Origin: a virus
Taxonomy: Duplodnaviria > Caudoviricetes
Virus record (IMG/VR): IMGVR_UViG_3300010352_001543
Strand: one strand, 5' to 3'
Length of the DNA: 64,000 nt
Shown: positions 1 through 10,118 of the stretch, piece after piece
Numbering within the stretch: the first letter of the stretch is position 1
Layout of the letters: every line of letters starts with the position of its first letter
The notes under the pieces: model-generated
Databases searched by the model: none
Seen by the model: only the letters and a program-made list of their open reading frames with translations
What the model was told of the DNA's origin: nothing
Translations under genes and position numbers: made by a program

Positions 1-314
1 CTTCTAAAAACAATATATGAATGTAAAATAATTTCCGACCATAGTTCGTTTTGTTTTTTGATTCTTATTTCTTCTTTTAATTCATGGTCAATTAAAGTTT
101 GTGATTTTGGTTTAATGCCCATTATAAGAGGGTACTTGTTATTGAGTAATACATAAAAAGTAACCGAATTATCATATCCATTATTGAGCCACAAAAAAGC
201 TGAATCGTTCTTGCCGGATACATAATATTCTTCAACTCTATCGTCACTCATTTTTACCATTAGTGTATCACCAATTTTGATATCAGGAATCATTTCTTTG
301 TTCTGCTTATTCAT
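1..314 (-). CDS. hypothetical protein, runs off window edge
   Basis: ATG at 314, open frame [21 protein letters not shown]... to position 1. Confidence 0.6.
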   Translation of the reverse strand, partial: MNKQNKEMIPDIKIGDTLMVKMSDDRVEEYYVSGKNDSAFLWLNNGYDNSVTFYVLLNNKYPLIMGIKPKSQTLIDHELKEEIRIKKQNELWSEIILHSYIVFR

Positions 315-609
315 TTTCTTCTACCTTCTCGTAAGTTTGTTCAAAAATATCGGGTTTGCGAGGATAAAATTCTCCTTGAACACCTTTGATAATATAGTCT
401 CCAAAATTTGCTTTCATGGTACCTTCAAGTGTTTTAATTTCCATTCCACCAGCATTATATACATTTAAGCAAAACTCAGTAAATTTTTCCTAAGTCATAT
501 AGTCTAATGCTACATATTGACCCATGAACATCAAACATTCCCTTATAGTCAATTGACTAGAGTCTAGTCTAACTGCGTCGATTATTACAGGTTTCTTTCT
601 GTATTTCAT
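307..609 (-). pseudogene. conserved small phage protein (MKYRKKPV...TLEG...[23 protein letters not shown]) with in-frame TAG
   Basis: Manual translation from ATG 609; TAG at 490-492 interrupts an otherwise continuous frame. Confidence 0.7.
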
Positions 610-1016
610 TTTAAATTTTCCTTTTTATAATTAATAATTTCCATTGCTTTGTCCATCATATCACCTAAATTATATTCAGATGTATCAATTGCATCACCAT
701 CATTGAAGATAGAAAATTCCACATGGTAACAATCAACCTCGTCCGAAAAGAAATCTTCATCGGACGTAGATACATTTTCAGTTAAACATTTAATAGCATT
801 TTCAACATTCATTTTATGAACATCGGTTGAATTAGTAATATCAACAAAATGTTTTTTATCCCAAAAAATAGATGGGTTTGGAATATCTTCTATTTTCTTA
901 TAAATTTGCCAAATATTTACGGTTGGCCGATAATCACCTTCTTCTTCCAATGGATATGTAATAAAATTACTACATTGGTAAGGAATGATTTGATTTATTT
1001 TTTCTTCGATTGTCAT
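606..1016 (-). CDS. hypothetical protein
   Basis: 136 aa ORF with RBS; ATGA overlap with next gene. Confidence 0.7.
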   Translation of the reverse strand: MTIEEKINQIIPYQCSNFITYPLEEEGDYRPTVNIWQIYKKIEDIPNPSIFWDKKHFVDITNSTDVHKMNVENAIKCLTENVSTSDEDFFSDEVDCYHVEFSIFNDGDAIDTSEYNLGDMMDKAMEIINYKKENLK

Positions 1017-1160
1017 TTTTAAAATACCTTTTTGTTAATTTTCTTATATTGGATTAATCCAGTATATTTGTTGGAAAGGTTGCTCTAAATGTTTCAGTAC
1101 CATCATTATTCTGAATTCTTTCAAATGCTACTTCTGATTTTTCGAATTCTTTATCCATTT

Positions 1161-1415
1161 TTATTTTTCCTCAACTGAATCAAATTCTTCAGTCTCAATT
1201 AATTTATTAATTTTTTTCTGTTCATTTCTATTATACTCTTCAGCTCGACATCCATCACATGAGCAAAGGGTACTATGATTTTTCAATCCGTATGGAGTCC
1301 AGGGAGCTATACCTTTTGGTTCTGTATGTTTTCTATTGAATTCATCAACCATCCAAAGTTTCCAACGCTTCTTAAATTTTGCTTTCATTTTCGAAATCCG
1401 TTCTCTGTTTATCAT
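1161..1415 (-). CDS. hypothetical protein (CSCDGC motif)
   Basis: 84 aa ORF. Confidence 0.6.
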   Translation of the reverse strand: MINRERISKMKAKFKKRWKLWMVDEFNRKHTEPKGIAPWTPYGLKNHSTLCSCDGCRAEEYNRNEQKKINKLIETEEFDSVEEK

Positions 1416-1580
1416 TTTCGCTTCTCAATTTTTTCTTTCATAAATCGCTTATATGAGATTTTTATAGTTTTTCTGTAATTACTATCCATTGAACTATAAA
1501 AACATTGTTATAACAAATAAAAATTGTTTTATAACTATATCTGTATTCAATCACAAGATAGTTTTATGATATCCGATATA

Positions 1581-1606
1581 GACGTATAAAAAATAAATTT
1601 ATTGTA
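1581..1606 (-). promoter_or_regulatory. ECF-type promoter TACAAT-N16-CGTC
   Basis: One of 9 copies with identical 16-nt spacing. Confidence 0.75.
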
Positions 1607-1648
1607 TAAAAAAAGAAAAATTTCTTAAAAATAAATTCAAGAAATTTC
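1607..1648 (-). terminator. intrinsic terminator
   Basis: AAATTTCTT/AAGAAATTT stem plus U-tract; near-identical copy at ~10037-10080. Confidence 0.65.
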
Positions 1649-1675
1649 AATTTTGTTGTTTCAGAAGAAAAGTGA

Positions 1676-2035
1676 CTAAATGTACTTTTTAATCATATTC
1701 AATAATTCATCCGGACTAAAAGGTTTAGAAATCCAATCTACACATCCAGCATCCAACGCCTGTTGTTTATCCTTAGCAAATGCAAATGCTGTTTGTGCAA
1801 TGACCGGGATTTCCGGCTTAATTTTTTTGATCTCATTGGTTGCTTTATATCCATCCATAACAGGCATTTTCATATCCATTAAAATAAGATCTATATTAGT
1901 GTCTTCACAAAGTTTCACAGCTTCAATTCCATCCCATGCCAAAAGAAGTTTATATTTTTCATATTTCAGAACTTCTTTAATGTACATAACATTAATGTAT
2001 TCGTCTTCTACAATAAGAATAGTTTTTTCTTCCAC
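1676..2035 (-). CDS. single-domain response regulator (CheY-like receiver)
   Basis: ILIVEDE, DLILMDMKMPVMDG, IAQTA, KPF motifs. Confidence 0.92.
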   Translation of the reverse strand: MEEKTILIVEDEYINVMYIKEVLKYEKYKLLLAWDGIEAVKLCEDTNIDLILMDMKMPVMDGYKATNEIKKIKPEIPVIAQTAFAFAKDKQQALDAGCVDWISKPFSPDELLNMIKKYI

Positions 2036-2451
2036 TATCTTCTTTTCTTATTTTTATCGGCCAACCACTCTTCGAAAACTTCCATCATGAATTCAGTATA
2101 ACTTTTACCTTCTGACTTCTTGAATATTTTATTAGCAACGTCGTTATAAGGAAACACACCGAATATATTTTCAACTACATAATTACTGAATTTAGTTGAT
2201 TCATTATTGGTGAAGTATATCCAAGTGCCGAACATGTCATTTAAATGGACTTCTAATTCCATCCAATCATCCATGAAAGTTCCGGTTATTTTTGATATAG
2301 TGATTGGTGATACCGCTAAATTATATTTGTTAGCAAAGTGTTCTTCATACCGTTGCATGTCTTTTCTGACTTTTTCATCCTCTTGTTCATAGGAAACTGA
2401 AAACTGAGCTGTCTCATTCAGCTTTTGATAATCTTTAAATTTTGGTATCAT
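2035..2451 (-). CDS. putative internal head protein
   Basis: N-terminus MIPKFKDYQKLNE; AATATATA motif upstream. Confidence 0.6.
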   Translation of the reverse strand: MIPKFKDYQKLNETAQFSVSYEQEDEKVRKDMQRYEEHFANKYNLAVSPITISKITGTFMDDWMELEVHLNDMFGTWIYFTNNESTKFSNYVVENIFGVFPYNDVANKIFKKSEGKSYTEFMMEVFEEWLADKNKKRR

Positions 2452-2518
2452 TTTATTTTCTTTATTTTTGATATATATATTTGATTAAAAATATTATTGA
2501 AACGTCAATAATATTTTT

Positions 2519-3886
2519 ATTGTAAGTCGATTCTGTAATTTTTTGTTTTAATATATACTTTATAAGGAAAACATAATTAGTATATCAGAAAAATGGTCCA
2601 AGTAGAACAACATATTGTTAAAAAATCCAACAGCAGTGATTGGCAAGTGATTGATCACTTAGCATTACTATCTAAGAACTTGTACAACACCTGTCTATGG
2701 ACTATCAAAAATCATTTTGAAGCAACCGGAAAGTGGATGCGCTACAACGAAATGTACCGAAAGTTTTATGATGAAAAGAATCCTTCTTTCATTGCTCTAC
2801 CAGCAGCGACTGCACAACAAATTATGATGGTGATGGATAGGAACATGAAGAGCTACTTCGCCTTACTAAAAATGTATCGAAAGAACAAAAAGTCTTTAAA
2901 CGGATGCCCTAAGTTTCCAAAGTACAAAGATAGCATTAAAGGTAGAAATATAATTATTTTTACTGCTGAAAATCAAGCAAAACTACAAAAGGATGGAACT
3001 ATCACTTTTCCAAAGAAAACTGGGCTAAGACCACTAACAACTAAAATACCAGCTGGAAGCCTAAAACAAGTAAGAATAGTGCCACAATCAAGCTGCTATG
3101 TTATTGAAGTTATTTACGAAAAAGAAGTAGTACAAGCATTTCCAGAAAATGATTCATGGTTGTCTATTGATTTAGGAATCAACAACCTAATGACATGCTT
3201 TGATACTGTTTCATCTAAACCAACAATCATCACAGGCAAGCCACTTAAATCCATCAACCAATTTTACAACAAGAAACATGCTAAATTACAATCAATTCTA
3301 CAAAAACAATACCCTAAACGACATAAGTCAAAGAAATTAAACAAACTAACAATAAAACGAAACAGAAAAATTAAGGACTACCTCCATAAGAGCTCCAGGT
3401 TTGTAGTCAATTATTGCTTAGAAAGTGGTATCTCCAACATTGCTATAGGTTACAACGCTGAGTGGAAACAAAATGTTTCACTCGGCAGCCGTATCAACCA
3501 AAACTTTGTTCAAATTCCTTTTCTAACACTAATAAATCAAATAGAATATAAAGCAGCGCTGCTTGGCATTTCAGTAACAAGGAACGAAGAATCCTACACC
3601 AGTAAGTGCTCAGCAATTGATTTAGAACCAGTTGAAAAACATGACGTTTATGCCGGAGAGCGTAAAAAACGTGGTATGTTTATTAGCGCTAAAGGTACTA
3701 AAATCAATGCTGACTTAAATGGAGCCATCAATATTCTTCGAAAGGTAGCTGGAGATAAGGAACCTGTAATGACTGTTGTAAAACAGTGGGTGCAAACTCA
3801 ATCCAGTAGAGGCCAAGTCGTTTGGCCGTTTCATGTTAACATGAATAAATAGTTTTTAAAGAGCATTCTTTTTAAGCTAATACGAT
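2519..3886 (+). mobile_element. tnpB-only IS200/IS605-type element, copy 1
   Basis: Left end (TTTTATTGTAA.TCG.TTCTGTAA...) and right end (...CTAATACGAT) shared with copy 2; no transposase in window; boundaries approximate. Confidence 0.75.
2593..3852 (+). CDS. tnpB: RNA-guided endonuclease TnpB
   Basis: IDLGINNL (RuvC-I), EESYTSKCS, INADLNGAINI (RuvC-III). Confidence 0.93.
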   Translation: MVQVEQHIVKKSNSSDWQVIDHLALLSKNLYNTCLWTIKNHFEATGKWMRYNEMYRKFYDEKNPSFIALPAATAQQIMMVMDRNMKSYFALLKMYRKNKKSLNGCPKFPKYKDSIKGRNIIIFTAENQAKLQKDGTITFPKKTGLRPLTTKIPAGSLKQVRIVPQSSCYVIEVIYEKEVVQAFPENDSWLSIDLGINNLMTCFDTVSSKPTIITGKPLKSINQFYNKKHAKLQSILQKQYPKRHKSKKLNKLTIKRNRKIKDYLHKSSRFVVNYCLESGISNIAIGYNAEWKQNVSLGSRINQNFVQIPFLTLINQIEYKAALLGISVTRNEESYTSKCSAIDLEPVEKHDVYAGERKKRGMFISAKGTKINADLNGAINILRKVAGDKEPVMTVVKQWVQTQSSRGQVVWPFHVNMNK

Positions 3887-3906
3887 CAGCGTCTATCAGA
3901 GAATCA
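3700..3906 (+). ncRNA. putative omegaRNA (scaffold plus guide from 3887)
   Basis: Hairpins GGCCAA/TTGGCC and TTCATG/CATGAA conserved between copies while loops vary; 5' end is a guess. Confidence 0.5.
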
Positions 3907-4034
3907 AAATATTCACAATAGTAATCAGGAAAAACTTCATATTTTTGGAAGTAGTCGCATTCTTCAGAACATTTGGTATGGTCCGAATCATCAATCGCTA
4001 TTTCAAAATATTCTATAGCTACTAATACTTTCAT
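3831..4034 (-). CDS. small Cys-rich protein, C-terminus probably replaced by the tnpB element
   Basis: Cys spacing resembles 8661..8855; last codons lie inside the element right end. Confidence 0.5.
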   Translation of the reverse strand: MKVLVAIEYFEIAIDDSDHTKCSEECDYFQKYEVFPDYYCEYFDSLIDADRISLKRMLFKNYLFMLT

Positions 4035-4035
4035 T

Positions 4036-4221
4036 TTAAAATTCCGCCAATATGGTTAACACGCTGTCTATTTCTTCCAATGACAACAATCGATGTTTTG
4101 ATTGTATCGCTTCCAGAAAATAGATGTCAAAATAATAGTGTTGAGTGTATGGATCAACTGGAACTGTTTTAAGCACATTTGCTATTTGCCGTAACGCCTC
4201 ATGTATTTCTAATTCGCTCAT
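4036..4221 (-). CDS. hypothetical protein
   Basis: 61 aa, operon packing. Confidence 0.6.
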   Translation of the reverse strand: MSELEIHEALRQIANVLKTVPVDPYTQHYYFDIYFLEAIQSKHRLLSLEEIDSVLTILAEF

Positions 4222-4222
4222 T

Positions 4223-4591
4223 TTAATTTCCTATATACAAAATTACAAAATAGTTCCAAATAAGATGGAGAGTATTGTCTTGAATTATATACAACCAAGT
4301 TGACATCCAAGGTGGAGTTTCTACCGGGAATCCCAAATTAGAACCATCTCTTTCAAGATTTTTTATGCTAATGAAAGCACTAACCACGTACCATCGATCA
4401 ATTAAAAAATGTCCTATCGCGATAGCCAAGCATGCTTTCCAATTCGTTATTAGAAGGAATGGAATTGCATAAGTAATACAATGAAAAATACAGTACATTA
4501 AACCAGTCAATGATTTTTCTTTCTTTCTGGTTCCTACCGCATTGTTCTGAAGAATATAGTCTCCAAAAAGATGTAGTAATAGTTGTTCCAT
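4223..4591 (-). CDS. DUF3307-like membrane protein
   Basis: HLFGDYILQ, HCITY, HFLID, DNTLH motifs. Confidence 0.8.
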   Translation of the reverse strand: MEQLLLHLFGDYILQNNAVGTRKKEKSLTGLMYCIFHCITYAIPFLLITNWKACLAIAIGHFLIDRWYVVSAFISIKNLERDGSNLGFPVETPPWMSTWLYIIQDNTLHLIWNYFVILYIGN

Positions 4592-4593
4592 TC

Positions 4594-5034
4594 TTATTTT
4601 CCTACAAATTTAGAATTAGATAATTTAGGAATAGCTCCATTTAAATAATCAGCAACATCGTAAAGATTTTTAAAATACTTCCCACCATTCCGCTCCACCA
4701 TCTTACCCACTTCATTAAGTGATTTCATTTGAGCATCATCAAATTTTGGTCTGAAATTTCTCGGTTCTTTATAAAGAAAACAAAATATTGTTTTTTCTGG
4801 CCGTTTATTTGAGTCATCGATGACTTCAGCGATTGAATAAACACCTTTCATTAAAGGTGTGATACAATAAAGAACATAGTCACAAATCTTTCTTTGTAAA
4901 CGTTCCTCTTCCATACATTCTTCTGTCCAATCCTCTACAACCGGATTGAAATAATCAATTTTTAACAATGGAATTAATTCATCTCTCCAAGTGCTATCAT
5001 TCCAAGTTCCTCCAAGGAAAACTTTCTTTTTCAT
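4594..5034 (-). CDS. nucleoside 2-deoxyribosyltransferase-like protein
   Basis: KVFLGGT..STWRD, YFNPVV.DW, GVYSIAE. Confidence 0.8.
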   Translation of the reverse strand: MKKKVFLGGTWNDSTWRDELIPLLKIDYFNPVVEDWTEECMEEERLQRKICDYVLYCITPLMKGVYSIAEVIDDSNKRPEKTIFCFLYKEPRNFRPKFDDAQMKSLNEVGKMVERNGGKYFKNLYDVADYLNGAIPKLSNSKFVGK

Positions 5035-5043
5035 TTTTTGTTC

Positions 5044-5950
5044 CTAAAATTTAAATGTAAATTTAAATACAACTAAATGGTCATTAATTGATTTTGATTG
5101 TGATATTGATCCACGACCATTGCAATGGAAATTTTTGTCTCTGGCCATCTTTTTATTTTTTTGACAAATATGATAGTTTAAAATATCATTTTTATCTTTT
5201 CCAGGAATAAAAAATATATCACTGTTTTTAAGGTGTTTATAATAAACAGGTGTAATTTGCACAATATTTTTTACCTCAGATAAGCTGGAAAAATAAAGTT
5301 TTTTATCTATTATTCTATTAATCATAAATGAATCATTTCCATAAAAAACAAATCCATTTGGTTGATTTATATTTGAAGCAATACATAATTGTGTTTCTGT
5401 AAGGACATCATTTTCCGTTTCAAACATTTTTATACACGGATAATTAATAATATCAAAATCCGGATCATACACTTTGTTAAAGACTATAGGATAGTACCGA
5501 CGTTCTTTTTCGTTTGGATTAACCTTGTATCTTATTTTATAAGTATCTGTTGCAATCATTACTTCATCTTCTCCTGTTTTGGTACCGAATTCCTTTTCGT
5601 TAAGAAAAGGATTGGTTACATAAGCTTGTCCTATTTCTAAATTTTTAAATGCTACTTTATTGAAATTTACTTGAATATTGGAAAATAAACTCATGAACAC
5701 CTGTTGATCAGTTACACTAGTATATCTATAACATTGTTTGGACATCATTCGGTTAGGATCAGTTGACCCGGTTGGTATCTGCTCAGTGTTATTATGAATA
5801 ACTTCTTTTAAATCACTCTTGTATTTTTCGTATATTCTATTCATTACATTCTCTTTTGCTTGCCAGTACGGAACAGCAGTTCTTTCAACATCGGTTAATT
5901 GTTTTGCCCAATCAGCCGCTTCCGTTAAAGCTTCTTTTTAATTTACTCAT
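5044..5950 (-). CDS. hypothetical protein; probable start 5950 with a +1 frameshift near 5935
   Basis: ATG 5950 overlaps upstream stop; removing one A joins MSKLKEALTEAADW... to the 266 aa ORF. Confidence 0.55.
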
Positions 5951-6174
5951 TTTAGATTACCTGAATTTAAATCTTCTAAATGTCTTTCTAACTGTTCAAA
6001 TATCATGTCAACTGTATTCATATCAAATTTGGTATCCAAACTAGATATTGTATGATAAGGAAATTCAGTTTGAACTTCAAACTTATCATCCTTTAATTTA
6101 ATAGTCATTATTCTTTTATCATCACTCATTTTTTTAATTCCTTTAAATAATTGTACATCTTCTTGCTTCAGCAA
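5947..6174 (-). CDS. hypothetical protein
   Basis: ORF track; real start may be internal MSDD. Confidence 0.55.
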   Translation of the reverse strand: MLKQEDVQLFKGIKKMSDDKRIMTIKLKDDKFEVQTEFPYHTISSLDTKFDMNTVDMIFEQLERHLEDLNSGNLK

Positions 6175-6493
6175 TACGTTTTTCTCTTTCTGTATTACGT
6201 TGTTTACATATTTCCTGTTGCTCTTGATTATGCTGTTCGATTAGTTCCGGGTTTGCTTTTATTTTCTTTGCATATTCTAATGCTTCATCGTAGTCGGAAA
6301 ATAACGTTGGCATATCAACTTTACTTGCATAAAGTCTCCCATGATTTAGAACCTTGTAAATATCCCGCCATGATTCATGGATAAGCATTCTACCAAGAAA
6401 TGTCTTATGTTTTGGTCTATACCTTACAACATAGTAATCCGGGTCATCTTCTATATATGATTTTACTAATACTTCTATTTCTTTATTTTTCAT
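6143..6493 (-). CDS. hypothetical protein
   Basis: 116 aa ORF. Confidence 0.65.
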   Translation of the reverse strand: MKNKEIEVLVKSYIEDDPDYYVVRYRPKHKTFLGRMLIHESWRDIYKVLNHGRLYASKVDMPTLFSDYDEALEYAKKIKANPELIEQHNQEQQEICKQRNTEREKRIAEARRCTII

Positions 6494-6875
6494 TTAACTT
6501 TTTCAACCTCTCATAAACTTCTTTCAAGCGCTCTATTTGTTTACCTAATTTATCATCATAAGGAATAACAGAACTATTTGTTAATCCCCAAATAGCATTG
6601 TGTATATAATCCATGTAGTCATCTTTATCTAAATGTAGTTGAAGATATTTAATAGCATCATATACATGTTCAGCTGGATCACAATATTCACATTTATTAA
6701 TTTCTTCAATTATATCCATTATAGATAATTTTTCGATTACTATTTTAACTTCAGTGGTTTCAAAAGCGTCATTTATAGCTTTTGATATTTCTTTCTTAAT
6801 GCCGCTTATTTTATCAAGATTTGTTATAGATTCATTTGTTACCTTAGCAACAACCTTTATTTCTTTATTTTTCAT
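6483..6875 (-). CDS. hypothetical protein
   Basis: 130 aa ORF; same MKNKEI start as neighbour. Confidence 0.65.
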   Translation of the reverse strand: MKNKEIKVVAKVTNESITNLDKISGIKKEISKAINDAFETTEVKIVIEKLSIMDIIEEINKCEYCDPAEHVYDAIKYLQLHLDKDDYMDYIHNAIWGLTNSSVIPYDDKLGKQIERLKEVYERLKKLNEK

Positions 6876-7036
6876 TTAAATTCCGTGTTTCATACAAAAA
6901 TTGTTCAACCATTTTAAAAATTTGAATGGTTTGGAATTCTTCCGCCATTCATATGTAAAATTCTCAAAACGTTCCTTAGCGGGCAATCTCTTGGATTTTT
7001 TCAAAAACAAGAATATGAAAGTTGTTTGTGGTAACT

Positions 7037-7291
7037 CTAAACAATGTTTATCCAATAGTCCTCTACTTCACCATCGTCATTATTTGATGAACAAGGGTCA
7101 CCACCATTGGCACTATAATATGGATTTGAAGCTGCTTCAAATTCATATACATATTCATTAATTCGTAAATCTCTTACTTGCTCACCGTCTGGTTCATATA
7201 ACTTAAATTTATCACCTTTTTTTAAAAGACTCATTTCTGTTTTTATCCATATATCATCTTTTAAAACTTCTACTGTTCTTTTATTATTCAT
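7037..7291 (-). CDS. hypothetical protein
   Basis: 84 aa ORF. Confidence 0.65.
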   Translation of the reverse strand: MNNKRTVEVLKDDIWIKTEMSLLKKGDKFKLYEPDGEQVRDLRINEYVYEFEAASNPYYSANGGDPCSSNNDDGEVEDYWINIV

Positions 7292-7334
7292 TTTTTTATA
7301 CCATTAAATTTTGTCCAATATTCATTATCATCTT

Positions 7335-7622
7335 CTATATATGAAGCATATTATATAATCCTAAAATATCAAGTTTGTTAATTTGTGCTTGTGTTGGTTC
7401 TTTCTTGATAGAAACAGGCGGTCCACCAAGACTTCCAATTTTAATCCATCCTAATTTTTCCATTACAAAATCTTCTGGATATTCTAACTCAGGAAAGTTT
7501 TCTTTAGCTATAGCATAATGTATTGATACTATTTCATCTGTTTGATTATTTTTAATCTTCACAACTTTGCCGTAAGTGTCGATATAATACTGTTTATCTA
7601 TTCTTTCGTCTTCTGTTTCCAT
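7335..7622 (-). CDS. hypothetical protein, probably frameshifted near the C-terminus
   Basis: Removing AT at ~7338 extends the frame to TGA 7288-7290, which overlaps the next ATG. Confidence 0.6.
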   Translation of the reverse strand: METEDERIDKQYYIDTYGKVVKIKNNQTDEIVSIHYAIAKENFPELEYPEDFVMEKLGWIKIGSLGGPPVSIKKEPTQAQINKLDILGLYNMLHI

Positions 7623-7627
7623 TATTT

Positions 7628-8065
7628 CTAAAAATCCTTATGGTCCCAATATTCAGAATCTCCTGGATCATCTATACCAATTATTCCATCATAAACTGGT
7701 TCATCATATTCATCTACCGCTGTATACGTACCATCAGATTTAATAAACATTTTATAACCTTCAGAAGTGTATTTTCCTTTGAAAGTTCCGTAGTAACTTT
7801 CTTCTTTGATATTTTGTCTTGCTTCTCTAATAACATCTTGACTTGCCACATAAGATAAACTTGCCGGTGATATTCGAGTAGTGTTACATTTCTTTTCCGG
7901 AGTTACCAAATTCCAGTATTTGTCTTTACATTTAGTGCCGGATCTCGATTTACAAAAGGCTTGTTGATAATTTGTCTTTATGAATTTTGTTCCACAAGAC
8001 GGGCAAATACATACCTCACCAACTTTCGCTTCTTTTGCTATTTTATATTTTTCTTTAATTTTCAA
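7628..8065 (-). CDS. Zn-finger phage protein
   Basis: CPSCG...FC...CKD. Confidence 0.7.
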   Translation of the reverse strand: MKIKEKYKIAKEAKVGEVCICPSCGTKFIKTNYQQAFCKSRSGTKCKDKYWNLVTPEKKCNTTRISPASLSYVASQDVIREARQNIKEESYYGTFKGKYTSEGYKMFIKSDGTYTAVDEYDEPVYDGIIGIDDPGDSEYWDHKDF

Positions 8066-8594
8066 AACCGTATGACCTAAAAAATACTGATGCTTTTTCT
8101 CCTATTAGATTCTCTCCATCTTTTGGATAAATATTATATAAGTGCTTACCAATAAGAGTTACTTCTTTCGGAACTACAATAAAAGCATCGAAATTTAAAG
8201 AATAAATAAAATAATTAGTCGGTTTGTTATTGCATGTGAAAATTTCTTTTTTATCATTAAATATGATAAATTCTCTATGAAGAGATACCATTCCAAATTT
8301 AGCTGGATCATATGAAGCATCAGAATCGAAGAAAATTTCATCATCTTCCGACATTAAAACTCTTACTTTTATCGAGTATTGATTTTTTAGAAGTTCATTC
8401 AATTCAAATTCTCTTTTAACTGACATATTATTGTTTTTGGTCCATAGCTCACCTGAATAAACTTGTTTTTCCTCAATGTAAATGGTTAGTTCATGTTTGT
8501 GTCTATAATCATTTATCTTTACCGATGGAATGACAAGATATACTTTGTCATTTTTTCTGGTGTAATATGGTACTGTATGCTTTTTCATTTTCAA
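8055..8594 (-). CDS. hypothetical protein
   Basis: 179 aa ORF behind ECF-type promoter. Confidence 0.7.
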   Translation of the reverse strand: MKMKKHTVPYYTRKNDKVYLVIPSVKINDYRHKHELTIYIEEKQVYSGELWTKNNNMSVKREFELNELLKNQYSIKVRVLMSEDDEIFFDSDASYDPAKFGMVSLHREFIIFNDKKEIFTCNNKPTNYFIYSLNFDAFIVVPKEVTLIGKHLYNIYPKDGENLIGEKASVFFRSYGFEN

Positions 8595-8635
8595 TTTTCC
8601 TAAAATTATTAGTTGTTAATTAAATATAATATATT

Positions 8636-8661
8636 GACGTAGCTAATGGAATTTTATTGTC
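8636..8661 (-). promoter_or_regulatory. ECF-type promoter GACAAT-N16-CGTC
   Basis: Motif copy. Confidence 0.72.
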
Positions 8662-8855
8662 TATTTAAAATATTTTTTGCATTTATCACAACGCAAAACA
8701 TCCATGTACATATCTTCGGAATCATAATACTTTTTTAATTCAATATTTTCAAAAAATATACAATTGAATTTATAACCATCTTCGCTTCGTTGTTTACCTT
8801 CACATGCTGGATGGCAAACACTGCTGTTTTCGATAATAATTTTAAACTTTTTCAT
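8661..8855 (-). CDS. small Cys-rich protein
   Basis: C..C...C..F...RC..C. Confidence 0.6.
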   Translation of the reverse strand: MKKFKIIIENSSVCHPACEGKQRSEDGYKFNCIFFENIELKKYYDSEDMYMDVLRCDKCKKYFK

Positions 8856-8860
8856 ACTTT

Positions 8861-9052
8861 TTACTCCGAGTACTCTTCAAAAGTTAAATTCATGCTACTA
8901 CATAATTCACGAGCAGAAAGCTCTGTGTCACAATAGGCCATTGGATCGGTGTAGTATCCACTACTGTCCATTATCAACCAGTCATATCCAATATAATATT
9001 CATTATCAATAAATCTATCTTTCTTATAATCGATTATAAATCTTTGTCCCAT
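8861..9052 (-). CDS. hypothetical protein
   Basis: 63 aa, operon packing. Confidence 0.6.
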   Translation of the reverse strand: MGQRFIIDYKKDRFIDNEYYIGYDWLIMDSSGYYTDPMAYCDTELSARELCSSMNLTFEEYSE

Positions 9053-9228
9053 TTTTGATTCCTTCTATCATTCAACCAATTAATTAAAAATTCAAATTCT
9101 TTAAAGCATATAAATTCTACCTTAATCCAATTCCAAATAAGTTTTAGTCGTTCGCATGTATCATCTTCGCCATACATTTTTAGACGTTCAATACATTCTT
9201 TCATTCTAAAGGCATCTATACCGGCCAT
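9034..9228 (-). CDS. hypothetical protein
   Basis: 64 aa, RBS GAGGA. Confidence 0.6.
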   Translation of the reverse strand: MAGIDAFRMKECIERLKMYGEDDTCERLKLIWNWIKVEFICFKEFEFLINWLNDRRNQKWDKDL

Positions 9229-9230
9229 TT

Positions 9231-9455
9231 TTATTCCTCTCCAAAAAACAATTTTTTCTGTTTGGTTATTGTTTCAATGGCCAATGTTAGTACTTCATCG
9301 AAATCTCTTTCGAACTCACAAAGGACTAACATATCCTTTGCATAGTTAGTCCAAATATTTTCAATTTTCCACATCATCCGGTCGTCATGTGAGTAATACT
9401 CCGGAAATACAAATTTGTCGCCGGATATTGTTAGGAGTTGGTCTATTTTTTTCAT
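9231..9455 (-). CDS. hypothetical protein
   Basis: 74 aa ORF. Confidence 0.6.
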   Translation of the reverse strand: MKKIDQLLTISGDKFVFPEYYSHDDRMMWKIENIWTNYAKDMLVLCEFERDFDEVLTLAIETITKQKKLFFGEE

Positions 9456-9486
9456 TTAGTTCACACATTTTTATATTTCCTAAAAA

Positions 9487-9963
9487 TTAATAACTGTTTC
9501 TGAATGCCGATACAATTATATTTGCATGTTCAGCATCTTTAATTTTTGTAAAAGGATTTTCTTGTTTTAATTGTTTAATAATTTTGTTTCGTTGCATGGA
9601 TGGATGAATAGAATCTTCATTCATTAAAACAGCAATACTTTGTTTATGACAATTTAATTTATTGCATGCTATTTCTAAACAATTTGAAAGTGGAGTTTGT
9701 GATAAGACAGAAAGTCTTTTAGCCCATTCGGTTGCTAATTCTTCATCTGATTTTTTAGTAGGTAAGGTTTCTGTACTGCATTGTTTTATTAGTTCATAGA
9801 ATTTTTCTAATTCTGTTTCCTGTGTGATGATTACTGCCATCGGTAATCGTTCGTAACCGTATCCATTGAATTTACCACTTGGTTTAATTAATGGTAATCC
9901 ATTTTTCTTACATGCATTGATTAACTTTGAATTCTTATTCAAACTAATTACTTGCTTTTCCAT
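9487..9963 (-). CDS. hypothetical protein
   Basis: 158 aa ORF behind ECF-type promoter. Confidence 0.7.
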   Translation of the reverse strand: MEKQVISLNKNSKLINACKKNGLPLIKPSGKFNGYGYERLPMAVIITQETELEKFYELIKQCSTETLPTKKSDEELATEWAKRLSVLSQTPLSNCLEIACNKLNCHKQSIAVLMNEDSIHPSMQRNKIIKQLKQENPFTKIKDAEHANIIVSAFRNSY

Positions 9964-10010
9964 CTTTTCAAATCCTTAAAAAATTATCAAAATAAAACTT
10001 ATAAAATATA

Positions 10011-10036
10011 GACGTTATATTTGAAATTTTATTGTA
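10011..10036 (-). promoter_or_regulatory. ECF-type promoter TACAAT-N16-CGTC
   Basis: Motif copy. Confidence 0.75.
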
Positions 10037-10118
10037 AAAAAAAATAAAAAAATTTCTTAAAAATAAATTTAAGAAATTTCAAAAAGAAGGAATGAAAATT
10101 TTTGTTAAATGGTGTTTA

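Noticed and set aside
3887-3906. Copy-1 tnpB guide targeting the ECF -10 element (CGTCTAT)
   Set aside because: Only 7 nt match, and the sequence is simply the flanking truncated gene
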